DNA from: Kiritimatiellia bacterium
Lineage (GTDB): Bacteria; Verrucomicrobiota; Kiritimatiellia; RFP12; UBA1067
Length of the DNA stretch: 64,000 nt
Direction of reading: 5' to 3'
NCBI GenBank assembly: GCA_016296065.1
Contig: JAEDKA010000002.1
Span: 39,493-103,492 of the forward strand
In this document: positions 10,057 to 20,027 of the stretch, one piece after another
Layout: the number at the start of each line of letters is the position of its first letter
Position numbering within the stretch: the first letter of the stretch is position 1
The notes under the pieces: model-generated
Databases searched by the model: none
The model's input: the letters and a program-made list of their open reading frames with translations, nothing else
Told to the model about the DNA's origin: nothing
Program-made: the position numbers and the translations under genes

Positions 10057-10650
10057 ATGGCGGTATTCCCCGAGACCTCGTACACGCTCATAAAGAAGCT
10101 GTCAGCGGATGTCACATCCGTGAGCGAGGCGGCGTGGGTGCGATTCTTCGACCTCTACGTCCCCGTCATGCGCAGGTTCGTGGAGTGGAACGACAAGACG
10201 CGCGATCCGGACGACGTCGTGCAGGACGTCCTCGTGAAGCTGCTGGACGCGGTTCGGAAGGGGCGCTACGATCCAGGGCGCGCGAAGTTCCGCTCCTTTC
10301 TCGCGACTGTCATCCGAAACCACCTCGTGTCGCTCTACCGCAGGGATGCGGCGCGCGGCGCGGGGTCCAACGTCTCCATCGGCGAGCTTCTGACGGAGCC
10401 TTCCGTTCCGGCTTCGCAGGGCGATGCGCTCGACCTTGCGTGGGCGCGGGCGCGCCACGAGGCGGCGGTGGAGCATGTGCTCACGAAGACGGCTCTTTCC
10501 GCGCAGTCGAAGGCCGTCTACCGAGCGCACGTCCTCGAGGGGCGTCCGGCGGGGGAGGTCGCGGCTGAGTTCGGCATCACGAAGGGCAACGTCGCGAAGA
10601 TAAAGTTCCGCGTCGAGGGCATGGTCGCCGCGCTCGAGGGCGAGCTGTAG
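10057..10650 (+). CDS. RNA polymerase ECF-type sigma factor
   Basis: sigma-70 region 2 and region 4 signatures; ~197 aa. Confidence 0.8.
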   Translation: MAVFPETSYTLIKKLSADVTSVSEAAWVRFFDLYVPVMRRFVEWNDKTRDPDDVVQDVLVKLLDAVRKGRYDPGRAKFRSFLATVIRNHLVSLYRRDAARGAGSNVSIGELLTEPSVPASQGDALDLAWARARHEAAVEHVLTKTALSAQSKAVYRAHVLEGRPAGEVAAEFGITKGNVAKIKFRVEGMVAALEGEL

Positions 10651-11024
10651 AAGATTTGGGCTCTTCAAAGTTTTTAGTGGAAGAGCATGGGTAAAAACTC
10701 CGATGGTTAGGGTTCTCGCTACCGCTTCACTGCTTCGCGCTTTTCAACCACGATCAATTGGCTCCATTCATAGTGTTTAGAGCGGCCTTCGGCCGATTTA
10801 TGCGACGCAGTCGCATCCCCAAATACTTCTATCGACATATGCAAAGTCGTTGAGTGGCGCGAAGCTGCGGAGCGGTAGCGGGAGCCCCAACGCTCGGAGT
10901 TTCTATTACTTAGAGGCATGCTGTTCCACTAAATTCTTCGATGAACCAATATTTTTTTCGCGGATGGTGGAATTTCATCCGTTTCCGTGCGTACCTTGCT
11001 TCAGAAAGGAAAGCGAGGTGCAAC

Positions 11025-11762
11025 ATGAACAACAACGGAAACAGAAACGGATTCACTCTTGTCGAGCTGCTGGTGGTAATCGGCATTCTCGGCATACTGA
11101 TGGGGGCGCTGTATCCTGCGATAACCGCAGCGATGCTGCGCGCCCAGACGTCTGCTACGGCGATGAAGGGGCACAAGCTATTCGTCGCCGTGACGCAGGC
11201 GAACACGGAGCGCGAGGCGCGGGGGCTCACCTCGGTGTGGCCGCACCAGAGCGAGGAGGACGGACTCAACACGGAGGATACCGAGGACATCGCCGGACGC
11301 CAGTTCGGATCGTCCACGGAGTACTTCAAGGAGCTGTTCGACCTCGACAGGTACGGCAGCGAGCGCTGGGCTCCGTATGTCGCGGGGATTGACCTGGACA
11401 TGCTGTGCGCGCCCGGCGTGCCGCCGGTCGTCGGCACGGCGCTGCAGGCGAGGAACGTCGCGTGGGCGGTGGCGTCGGGCGTGACGGCGGAGATGGAGGA
11501 CATAGTCCCCGTATTCGCGACGCGCAACATCGACACATCGGTGTTCCCGACGTCGGGGAGCAACGACATGTCCGCGAAGCACGACGAGGTGAAGCTGGGG
11601 GCGAAGTACCCGCAGCCGTTCGGAAACAAGGCCGGCGTGATCGTCCACAAGGGCGGCGCGACGCAGATCGTGACGCCGCGCTACGCGAAGCTCAACCACA
11701 TCTACGGACGCCAGAGCTTCACCGTCCCGGCCGGTGTCACGATGAAGTACCTGGAACCGTGA
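11025..11762 (+). CDS. prepilin-type N-terminal cleavage/methylation domain protein (pseudopilin-like)
   Basis: MNNNGNRNGFTLVELLVVIGILGIL N-terminus; start moved to 11025, which has RBS aggaaagcgagg. Confidence 0.75.
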   Translation: MNNNGNRNGFTLVELLVVIGILGILMGALYPAITAAMLRAQTSATAMKGHKLFVAVTQANTEREARGLTSVWPHQSEEDGLNTEDTEDIAGRQFGSSTEYFKELFDLDRYGSERWAPYVAGIDLDMLCAPGVPPVVGTALQARNVAWAVASGVTAEMEDIVPVFATRNIDTSVFPTSGSNDMSAKHDEVKLGAKYPQPFGNKAGVIVHKGGATQIVTPRYAKLNHIYGRQSFTVPAGVTMKYLEP

Positions 11763-11775
11763 CTGCCGGGGGGCG

Positions 11776-11990
11776 TTTGACTGGGGGAAGCGGCGTCTCG
11801 CCGCTTCGTCGTGACGCGCCGGGTCGGTGCGTCTCCTTGGATTGCGATGCCAGGTGGCTGAACCAAGGAGATGCGGCGTCTCGCCGCGTCGTCGTGACGC
11901 GCCGGGTCGGTGCGTCTCCTTGGATTGCGATGCCAGGTGGCTGAACCAAGGAGATGCGGCGTCTCGCCGCGTCGGTGTGGCGGAGCTGGA
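11776..11990. repeat. ~83-bp tandem direct repeat (2.5 copies) containing GC hairpins
   Basis: unit ggagatgcggcgtctcgccgcgtcgtcgtgacgcgccgggtcggtgcgtctccttggattgcgatgccaggtggctgaaccaa repeated head-to-tail. Confidence 0.7.
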
Positions 11991-12107
11991 AGCTCCACCT
12001 CCTTGTGAGAGGACGGGCGACGAACGACATAGGACAAACGATGGCGGCGATGGGCGCGCCGCGTTCCCTGCCGCGATCCTCAGTCCTTCGTCGTCCGTCG
12101 TCCGTAC

Positions 12108-12215
12108 TAATCCGTCGCATCGCATCGGATTGCTTTCGCTGCTGGGAGTTTCGGAGTCTTGGAGGATAGAGCCTCGGGAGTGCGCCGTATCGCCCACAGG
12201 GGGTTCCGTCGCTCG
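12108..12215. repeat. REP/MITE-like element (same family as 3940-4110)
   Basis: shares ttgctttcgctgctgggagtttcggagtcttggag and cagggggttccgtcgc with the 3.9-4.1 kb copies. Confidence 0.4.
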
Positions 12216-12303
12216 TCGTCTTTCCGCAATCTGATTACCCGCGAACGTGCGTTAAGGAATATGGTACAATATTCCGGCAATGGTAAAGGAATCAGGTGTC
12301 AGC

Positions 12304-12870
12304 ATGGAAATGTCGCGAGAGGCGAACAAGGAGCGGGAGAAAATGACGCTGCTCCACGTCTGCTGCGGACCGTGCGCGAGCGCGTGCGTTCCGCGGCTGA
12401 AGGACGAGGGGCGGCGGGTGACTATGCTTTTCGCCAACTCCAACATCGACACCGCCGAGGAGTTCGAGCACCGCCGCGCGGAGGCCGAGCGGCTTGCGGC
12501 CCACGACGGCGTCGCGTTTGCGTCTCTTCCCTACGACCACGCCGACTGGCTGGAGAAGGTCGCGCGCGGATACGAGGACGCGCCGGAGAAGGGGGCGAGA
12601 TGCGAAAGGTGCTTCCGCTACAATCTCGGCAAGGCCGCGGAGTGGGCGGCTGCGCACGGGTTCGACTCTTTCACCACCTCGCTCACCGTCTCGCCGCACA
12701 AGCCGAGCGCGATGGTCTTTGCGGCCGGACGCGAGGCGGCGGTCGGCGGACCGTCTTTTCTTGAGTGCGACTTCAAGAAGCGCGAGGGCTTCAAGCTCTC
12801 CGTCTCCAGGGCGAAGGAGCTGGGGCTCTACCGGCAGTCCTACTGCGGATGCGAATTTTCGCGCCGCTGA
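12304..12870 (+). CDS. queH: epoxyqueuosine reductase QueH (DUF208)
   Basis: LLHVCCGPCA…CERC…CGC Cys motifs; promoter aatatggtacaatat. Confidence 0.8.
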   Translation: MEMSREANKEREKMTLLHVCCGPCASACVPRLKDEGRRVTMLFANSNIDTAEEFEHRRAEAERLAAHDGVAFASLPYDHADWLEKVARGYEDAPEKGARCERCFRYNLGKAAEWAAAHGFDSFTTSLTVSPHKPSAMVFAAGREAAVGGPSFLECDFKKREGFKLSVSRAKELGLYRQSYCGCEFSRR

Positions 12871-12926
12871 ACCTTTTGCCGCCTCTGCGGCGTTTAACCA
12901 GGTAAACGGAACTAACAGGAGAAGAC

Positions 12927-13643
12927 ATGGAGGCTTTGAAGGCGAGCGGCGTATGCCGCAGGTACGGGAACCAGGAGGTCCTGAAGGATTTCTCCCTCAC
13001 TGTGCAGGAGGGAGGCTTCGAGGCGCTGATGGGTCCGAGCGGCAGCGGCAAGTCGACGTTTCTGCATCTGGCGGCCGGGCTTCTCTCCGCCGACGCGGGC
13101 GAGATACTCGTCGGCGGCAGGGACGTCGTGAAGATGGGCGACACGGAGGCGACGAAGTTCCGTCGCCGCCACGTCGGCGTGGTGTTCCAGTCGTTCAACC
13201 TCCTCAACGAGAAGACGGTTCGCGACAACATCGTCCTGCCGCTGCGCCTCGACGGTGCGAAGGTTGACGAATCGCGGCTGGCCTCCCTCGTCTCGGCCCT
13301 CGGCATAGATGGCATTCTCCACAAAAAGCCCGAGGAGCTCTCGGGAGGCGAGCAGCAGCGCGTCGCCATTGCGCGCGCGCTTCTCGCCGAGCCTGACGTC
13401 GTTCTTGCGGACGAGCCGACGGGAAATCTCGACGCGAAGGCGTCTAGGGCGATATGCGCGCTTCTCGGCGACCTTCACAAGTCGGAGAAAAGCGCCATTC
13501 TGGTCGTCACGCACGATCCGCAGGTCGCAGCCGCCGCGCAGAAGGTCCATTTCCTGAAGGACGGCAGGATCGCCGCCTCGCACGAGACGCAAGGCGACCC
13601 CGAGCTCGTTTCGAAGCTGTACCTCGAGACCTACCGCGGATAG
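12927..13643 (+). CDS. ABC transporter ATP-binding protein (MacB/LolD-like)
   Basis: Walker A GPSGSGKST; signature LSGGEQQRVAIARAL; Walker B. Confidence 0.85.
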   Translation: MEALKASGVCRRYGNQEVLKDFSLTVQEGGFEALMGPSGSGKSTFLHLAAGLLSADAGEILVGGRDVVKMGDTEATKFRRRHVGVVFQSFNLLNEKTVRDNIVLPLRLDGAKVDESRLASLVSALGIDGILHKKPEELSGGEQQRVAIARALLAEPDVVLADEPTGNLDAKASRAICALLGDLHKSEKSAILVVTHDPQVAAAAQKVHFLKDGRIAASHETQGDPELVSKLYLETYRG

Positions 13644-13649
13644 TGGAAT

Positions 13650-15815
13650 ATGAAAGCTAGGCATATCTGTGCGGCGCTTGGGATTGCCGCGGCCGTGGGG
13701 GCCGTGGTGTTCATGCAGTCGCTCGTCGCGACGAACGACCGGCAGGCGGTCGCGATGGCGGAGCGGATGCTCTCCGCCGTTCCCGTGGGGGAGGGCGCGA
13801 AGAGCGTGCAGCTGCAGCTCGACTTCCGTCCGGACGGACACGTCCTTCAGGGTCCGCCGATGATGGCCTTCGCGGCGACGCGCGAGGGGATCTCCGGCGC
13901 GCTCGTCACCAAGGCGCTCTTCGCACAGCGCCGCGTGAAGAACCTTCCATCTGTCGGCGACGAGCTCACCCTCGTCGGGAGGAAGGGCGCGTACCGCGTG
14001 AAGATAGCGGGCTTCATTGACTGGGAGCGTCCGGTGCGCGGCTATCCCAACATGTTCCTCCCGCCGGACGCCGTTCTTGAGATCGACGAGGAGTGGCAGG
14101 ATTTCGCGCCCGTCACGGCCGAAGAAGCGGCGCCGATGTTCATGTCGGACGCCGGACGCAACATGGACAGGGCGAAGGGACTGCTCCTCTGGGCCGCGGC
14201 GCTCACGGCGCTATGCCTCCTGCTGAATTCGCTCTACCTGTCCGTCGAGGCCCGCAGACGCGAGACGGCGATACTGCGCATGGTAGGCATGACGCGCGGC
14301 GGAGTCGCCGCGCTTGTCGTGCGCGAGGCGCTGGCGCTCACCTTCGCCGGACTCCTCCTCGGCGTGGCGGCCGCGCTCGCGGCGCTCCACATCTACGTCG
14401 CGTGCGATCCGGCGACGTTCCCGTCCGGCGCGGCAGTCGGCGTGAAGGGCATCGTCCTCTCCGCGCTGACCGCGCCCTTCGTGGCGCTGTTCGGAGTCCT
14501 GCTCGCGCTCAAGCCGGCGCTCTCCGTGCGTCCGCTGGAGGCGGCGTCCGGACGCGCCCCGCGCAAGCGGCATCTCGGCATGCTCGTCGCCTTCGCGTGC
14601 GGATTCGGCGCGTTCGTCGCGGTCGAGGTGTGGGGCTCGTCGCTGACGAAGCCGTTCGTGCCGTCGCCGGAGTGGCCGGACGCGATAGTGTCGATCCTTC
14701 CCGGGGGCGTCTCCAGCTTCGACATCGAAAAGCTCCGCGACCTTAAGGGCGTGAGGCGCATCGGCGAGCTGCAGCCGCTCCAGGTGAACATTCTCCCGCT
14801 GGAGGAGCTTTCCGGATTCGGCGCCGGCGGAGGGCGCGGCGGAAGGGGCGGCCCGCCCCGCAAGGCCTACCGCAACGCTCTCCTGCTCGCGAGCGCGTGG
14901 CTGCCGGACTTCAAATTCTCCGCCGGCGACAGGGCCTCGGCCGAGAAGGCGCTCGCCGAAGGCGACAACTGCGTCGTCACCGAGATGATGGCCCGCGCGC
15001 ACGGACTCTCCCTCGGCGGGGAGCTCAAGGTCGATGCCGGGCGCGGACTCGAGATCGCGCTCAAGATCGTCGGAATCGTCGACCTCAACTGGCATATGGT
15101 GACGAGCCGCGGACTTCTCCGCGGGATGAACCGCATGCCCGTGAACACCGACGGACCCGTCTTCGTCTCGTTCGACACCCTCGCGGCGTGCGACATGCGT
15201 CCGCAGGAGTTCGTCAAGATGACGCACGTGTGGCTGGACTACGATCCGGAATTCCTCGCCGGGCGCGGCGTATTTGCCGCGGGGCGCGAGGTTGAGCGCG
15301 AGATCGTGGAGGCGCTCGACGGCGCGTGGAGCGAGGACAAGGACGGCGAGGTGCGCGGAAACACCGTGCGCCTGCACGCACGCGACGAGGTGGCGGACGG
15401 AACGCTTGCGCACGGCACGGACCTAGTCGGCGCGATGGCTCGCGTCCCGTTCATCTTCCTCGCCGTCATATCGCTCGGCTTCGTCGCCATGCTCGTCGCG
15501 TCGTTCGAGTCGCGCCGCCGTGAGTTCGCCGTCATGCGCGCAGTCGGCGCGACGCGCCTCCAGCTTGCGAGGGTCCTGGTTGGGGAGGCGCTCCGCGTCG
15601 CATCCGCCGCGGTCGTGCTCGGACTTTTCGGCGGCGCGCTCGTCGGATGGCTCTGCACTGCCGGAACGCGCGCGGCGATGGCGAACTGGGGGCTTCCCGC
15701 GACGTTCTCCGTTCCGTTCGCCGTGATAGCCGAGGGCGCTTTCGGCGCGGTCGTGTTTGCGCTTCTCGTCGCCGTTCCGGCTTCGCTTGCAATCGTCCGC
15801 CGCCGCCGCTCGTAA
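13650..15815 (+). CDS. ABC transporter permease, FtsX/MacB family (two FtsX domains)
   Basis: 721 aa with N- and C-terminal 4-TM FtsX-like regions; adjacent to the ATPase. Confidence 0.8.
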   Translation: MKARHICAALGIAAAVGAVVFMQSLVATNDRQAVAMAERMLSAVPVGEGAKSVQLQLDFRPDGHVLQGPPMMAFAATREGISGALVTKALFAQRRVKNLPSVGDELTLVGRKGAYRVKIAGFIDWERPVRGYPNMFLPPDAVLEIDEEWQDFAPVTAEEAAPMFMSDAGRNMDRAKGLLLWAAALTALCLLLNSLYLSVEARRRETAILRMVGMTRGGVAALVVREALALTFAGLLLGVAAALAALHIYVACDPATFPSGAAVGVKGIVLSALTAPFVALFGVLLALKPALSVRPLEAASGRAPRKRHLGMLVAFACGFGAFVAVEVWGSSLTKPFVPSPEWPDAIVSILPGGVSSFDIEKLRDLKGVRRIGELQPLQVNILPLEELSGFGAGGGRGGRGGPPRKAYRNALLLASAWLPDFKFSAGDRASAEKALAEGDNCVVTEMMARAHGLSLGGELKVDAGRGLEIALKIVGIVDLNWHMVTSRGLLRGMNRMPVNTDGPVFVSFDTLAACDMRPQEFVKMTHVWLDYDPEFLAGRGVFAAGREVEREIVEALDGAWSEDKDGEVRGNTVRLHARDEVADGTLAHGTDLVGAMARVPFIFLAVISLGFVAMLVASFESRRREFAVMRAVGATRLQLARVLVGEALRVASAAVVLGLFGGALVGWLCTAGTRAAMANWGLPATFSVPFAVIAEGAFGAVVFALLVAVPASLAIVRRRRS

Positions 15816-15835
15816 ATTTGCTATAATATACGGCC

Positions 15836-16759
15836 ATGAAGAATTGTTGCATGTTTGCGGGCCAAGGTGCCCAGGTTCCGGGGATGGGCAAGGACTTTGC
15901 CGAGGCCGATCCCGAGGTGATGTCCCTCTTCGACAGGGCGAACGCCGTTCTTGGCTTCGACCTCAAGAAGACGTGTTTTGAAGGTCCGGCCGAGGAGCTG
16001 ACGAAGTCCAACATCTGCCAGCCCGCCATCTTCGTGACGAGCTACGCGGCGTATCTCACTCTGCAGAAGCGCCGTCCTGTCTCGTTCGACTGCGCGGCGG
16101 GCCTTTCGCTCGGCGAGTGGGGCGCGCTGTGCGCGGCCGGGGTTCTGGACTTCGAGTCAACGCTCAAGGTGCTCGAGGCGCGCGGCAGGTTCATGCAGGA
16201 GGCGTGCGAGGCAACTCCCTCCGGGATGATCGCGATTGTCGGTGCGTCCGCGGACCAGCTCAAGGCGCTCTGCGATGCGACGGGCTGCACGGTCGCCAAT
16301 GTCAATTCGGCGGCGCAGCAGGTTCTATCCGGCTCGAAGGACGCGATAGCGGCGTGCGCCGCGAAGGCGAAGGAGCTCGGCGTCAAGCGCGCGATACCGC
16401 TCGCCACGGCCGGCGGGTTCCATTCCGAGTTCATGCGCCCCGCGCGCGAGAAGCTCGCTCCTGTGCTGGACTCCATCTCGTTCTCCGCGCCGAAGTTCCC
16501 GGTCCTTTCCAACGTGACGGGGAAGCCCCACGCCTCCGACGGCGCGGCGATCAAGGCGATGATGCTCGAGCAGGTGACGGGCACGACCAACTGGGCAGCG
16601 GACGTAGAGGCTGCCAAGGCGCTCGGATGCGGCATGTTCGTCGAGTTCGGCCCCGGCAAGGTGCTTTCCGGTCTCGTCAAGAAGATCGACCCCGCGCTTG
16701 CGACGGCGAACGTCGCAGACCTCGCGTCGCTCGACGCTACGGTCGCGGCCCTCGGCTGA
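15836..16759 (+). CDS. fabD: malonyl-CoA:ACP transacylase
   Basis: GLSLGEW active-site motif; FabD-like throughout. Confidence 0.85.
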   Translation: MKNCCMFAGQGAQVPGMGKDFAEADPEVMSLFDRANAVLGFDLKKTCFEGPAEELTKSNICQPAIFVTSYAAYLTLQKRRPVSFDCAAGLSLGEWGALCAAGVLDFESTLKVLEARGRFMQEACEATPSGMIAIVGASADQLKALCDATGCTVANVNSAAQQVLSGSKDAIAACAAKAKELGVKRAIPLATAGGFHSEFMRPAREKLAPVLDSISFSAPKFPVLSNVTGKPHASDGAAIKAMMLEQVTGTTNWAADVEAAKALGCGMFVEFGPGKVLSGLVKKIDPALATANVADLASLDATVAALG

Positions 16760-16880
16760 GAATCCAGCGGCCGCCTGACCGGCGGCCGCTCCGCTTTTTT
16801 TTCTCCCCCTGCCCTATTGACATACATACCCGAAGGTATGTATAATATTCGGGTTTTTGAAGTGGGAAAAGGGAAAGACT

Positions 16881-18383
16881 ATGAGAAGTGGCATTCTGAC
16901 GACATCCGTGTTTGCGCTTGCGGCCGCAGGCTGTGCGTATCTTCCGTCCGTCGGGCCGGACTACTCCGAGCCTGCGATTGACGTCGGTGGGGAGGGGCTG
17001 CGCGCGTTGCCGGACGCGGGGTATCCGACGACGAACCGCACCGACATCGGCGAATGGAAGCCGGCGGATAGTGCGGACGATGTGCGTACGCTCGTCACAA
17101 CTAACGACATTGCGCGCTGGTGGTGCAGGTTCAATGACAACGTGCTGACGAACCTTGTCTCCGAAGCGGTGGAGGGTAATCTCTCGTACCAGATGGCGCA
17201 GCGCAGGCTGGAGCAGTCGCGGTGGGCGCTCTTCGGCTCGTACGCAGCATTCAGTCCGACCGTCGCAATGTACGGCAGCGGCACGATGACGCATGCGGAG
17301 CGCTACACGTCCTCGCAGTACGCGTCCTGGCGCTCTACGGGTTCTAAGCGCAGCTACGGCGACATATTCCGCGGCGGATTCGACGCATCGTGGGAGATTG
17401 ACATCTTCGGCGGCAACAGGAGGGCGACGGAGGCGGCCGAGGCGGAGATGGAGGCTACCGAGTGGAATCTGGCTGACGCATGGGTGACGCTCACATCCGA
17501 GGTCGGACGCGAATACATCGAACTGAGGACGACGCAGCAGCGCATCGCCGTTGCGCGCACGAACCTGGTTCTTCAGACTGAGACGTACGACATCCTGAAG
17601 TCGCGCTTTGATTCCGGAATCGGCGACGAGCTGGCCGTAAACCAGTCGAAGTACATCGTCGACCAGACGCTTGCGACGATTCCGCCGCTGCTCGCGCAGG
17701 AGGAGAAGCTCATGAACGCGATTGCGGTTCTCGCCGGCGGCATGCCGGGCACGCGCCACGACGAGCTCAGGGAATGCCCCAACCGCGACTGGCTGCTTGA
17801 CCCCGCCAGGGTGGCGGAGGTTTCTCTGGACATGCTTCGCGCGAGGCCGGACGTCCGCGCGGCGGAGCGCCGTCTCGCCGCGCAGACGGCGAAGGTCGGC
17901 GTCGCTAAGTCGCTCTGGTTCCCGAAGCTGTACATAAACGGAACCCTCGGGCTGGAGTCCGTAAAGGCGCACAAGTTCCTCGGTAAGGGCGACTTCTACG
18001 GCGCTATAGGTCCGTCGATAAGCTGGCCGATTTTCCAGGGCGGCAGCATCTACGCGAACGTGAAGGCCGAGGAGTCGAGGATGGACGAGGCGTTTCTCGC
18101 GTATGAGAGCGCTGTCCAGAACGCATACCGCGAGGTCCGCGACGCATACGCCGCGTACACGCAGGAGTATCACCGATACCAGGCGCTGCAAGGCGCCGTC
18201 AAGGCTGCGCAGGACGCGGTCGCGATTTCGAACGACCTGTACAAGAACGGACTCAGGGACTTCACCGCCGTCATCGACGCACAGCGCTCGCTGCTCTCGC
18301 TCGAAGAGGCGCTCGTCGTCTCCCGCGGCCAGATCACAGTCGACCTCATCGCGCTGTTCAAGTCCCTCGGCGGCGGCTTCTGA
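16881..18383 (+). CDS. RND/ABC efflux outer membrane factor lipoprotein, NodT/TolC family
   Basis: lipobox LAAAGC; two TolC-like repeats. Confidence 0.8.
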   Translation: MRSGILTTSVFALAAAGCAYLPSVGPDYSEPAIDVGGEGLRALPDAGYPTTNRTDIGEWKPADSADDVRTLVTTNDIARWWCRFNDNVLTNLVSEAVEGNLSYQMAQRRLEQSRWALFGSYAAFSPTVAMYGSGTMTHAERYTSSQYASWRSTGSKRSYGDIFRGGFDASWEIDIFGGNRRATEAAEAEMEATEWNLADAWVTLTSEVGREYIELRTTQQRIAVARTNLVLQTETYDILKSRFDSGIGDELAVNQSKYIVDQTLATIPPLLAQEEKLMNAIAVLAGGMPGTRHDELRECPNRDWLLDPARVAEVSLDMLRARPDVRAAERRLAAQTAKVGVAKSLWFPKLYINGTLGLESVKAHKFLGKGDFYGAIGPSISWPIFQGGSIYANVKAEESRMDEAFLAYESAVQNAYREVRDAYAAYTQEYHRYQALQGAVKAAQDAVAISNDLYKNGLRDFTAVIDAQRSLLSLEEALVVSRGQITVDLIALFKSLGGGF

Positions 18384-18546
18384 CCGGATGTCCGTTTCGC
18401 GTGGCCTGTTGCGGTTCCCGCAGTTGTTCCACGGCTGTGCGCAATCTGGTCGCCTGGCAAAGATATCTGTTTCGCGGCTTGAAAATTCCTCAAATTGCCC
18501 CATTGACGGCGGCCGCGAAGATATGATATACTATCACACGTTTTTC

Positions 18547-18623
18547 GGGCTATTAGCTCAGTTGGTTAGAGCGCTTCCTTGACATGGAAGAGGTCAGTGG
18601 TTCGAATCCACTATAGCCCACCA
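18547..18623 (+). tRNA. tRNA-Val (GAC)
   Basis: cloverleaf drawn by hand; anticodon loop TTGACAT; CCA encoded; upstream TTGACG-17-TATGATATACT promoter. Confidence 0.9.
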
Positions 18624-18649
18624 ATCCCCATAGATGGCATGAGGCAGGA

Positions 18650-18680
18650 GACCGCGGCACACGCTGCGGCCTTTTTGTTT
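18650..18680 (+). terminator. rho-independent terminator after tRNA-Val
   Basis: ccgcggcacacgctgcgg hairpin followed by cctttttgttt. Confidence 0.5.
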
Positions 18681-18753
18681 ACTTTGATGAAACTGCCGCA
18701 GTCCGCAGTCGGAAAAATATGATATAATATCCGAATTTTAAGGAGTAAAAAGA

Positions 18754-18960
18754 ATGGCAAGGCTAACGTTCAAGGAGGAACTTTGCAAGGGATGCGGTCT
18801 GTGCGTGACCGCGTGCCCCAAGAAGATTCTGGCTATTTCGAAGACGAAGCTCAACCACAAGGGCCACGCCCCGGTAGAGCTTACGAAGCCCGAGGAGTGC
18901 GTCGGGTGCGCGAGCTGCGCGCTGATGTGCCCCGACTGCGTCATCACTGTGGAGAGATAA
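18754..18960 (+). CDS. korD: 2-oxoacid:ferredoxin oxidoreductase delta subunit (4Fe-4S ferredoxin)
   Basis: two CxxCxxCxxxCP clusters; 68 aa. Confidence 0.8.
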   Translation: MARLTFKEELCKGCGLCVTACPKKILAISKTKLNHKGHAPVELTKPEECVGCASCALMCPDCVITVER

Positions 18961-18961
18961 G

Positions 18962-20026
18962 ATGAGTTCAAAAGTACTGATGAAGGGCAACGAGGCGATC
19001 GCCGAGGCGGCGATACGCTGCGGCTGCCGCCACTATTTCGGCTATCCCATTACGCCGCAGACGGAGATCGCGGCGTACATGTCGAAGCGCATGCCAAAGA
19101 TCGGCGGGACGTTCCTCCAGGCGGAGAGCGAGATCGCCGCGATCAACATGGTCTACGGCTGCGCGTCCACCGGACGCCGCGCGATGACGTCGAGCTCCAG
19201 CCCGGGCATTTCGCTCAAGGCCGAGGGCATGTCGTACCTCGCAGGCGCCGACCTTCCTGCGCTCATCGTCAACGTCCAGCGCGGCGGTCCCGGCCTCGGC
19301 GGCATACAGCCGTCGCAGTCCGACTACTTCTTCATGACGCGCGGACCCGGGCACGGAGACTTCCACATCATCGTCCTCGCCCCGGCGACTGTGCAGGAGA
19401 TGGCGGACATGACGCGCCTTGCCTTCGAGCTGGGCGAGAAGTACAGGATGCCGGCGATGCTGCTTGCGGACGGCACGATGGGACAGATGATGGAGCCCGT
19501 CGTCCTTCCCGAGGACACGGTCGATCCCGAGACGATCCCCGCCACGAAGCCCTGGGCGACGACGGGCACGCAGATGAAGCGCGAGCACAACATCGTCAAC
19601 TCCCTCTACCTCAAGCCGGACGAGCTCGAGAAGACGAACTTCGAGCGCTTCGAGCGCTACGCGAAGCTCGAGAAGGAGGAGTGCCGCTGGGAGGAGTACC
19701 TCATGGACGACGCGGAGGTCTGCGTTGTTTCGGTCGGCATCACGGCCCGCGTCGCGAAGAACGCGATCGTCGCCGCGCGCAAGGAGGGCATCAAGGTCGG
19801 CATGATCCGTCCGATCACCCTCTATCCGTTCCCCAAGGAGCCCCTCGCCAAGGCGGCGTCGAAGGTGAAGAGCTTCCTCACGGTCGAGCTGAACATGGGC
19901 CAGATGAACGAGGACGTGAAGCTGGCGATCAACTGCTCGAAGCCGGTCAACATGTGCAACCGCGTCGGCGGAATGATTCCGAGCGCGGACGAAGTGCTCG
20001 CCGCGATAAAGAAGGAGGCGAAGTAA
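18962..20026 (+). CDS. korA: 2-oxoacid:ferredoxin oxidoreductase alpha subunit
   Basis: KorA/PorA-like sequence. Confidence 0.85.
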   Translation: MSSKVLMKGNEAIAEAAIRCGCRHYFGYPITPQTEIAAYMSKRMPKIGGTFLQAESEIAAINMVYGCASTGRRAMTSSSSPGISLKAEGMSYLAGADLPALIVNVQRGGPGLGGIQPSQSDYFFMTRGPGHGDFHIIVLAPATVQEMADMTRLAFELGEKYRMPAMLLADGTMGQMMEPVVLPEDTVDPETIPATKPWATTGTQMKREHNIVNSLYLKPDELEKTNFERFERYAKLEKEECRWEEYLMDDAEVCVVSVGITARVAKNAIVAARKEGIKVGMIRPITLYPFPKEPLAKAASKVKSFLTVELNMGQMNEDVKLAINCSKPVNMCNRVGGMIPSADEVLAAIKKEAK

Positions 20027-20027
20027 A

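Noticed and set aside
11776-11990. Possible CRISPR array
   Set aside because: The 83-bp units are directly adjacent with no unique spacers, and no cas genes are nearby.
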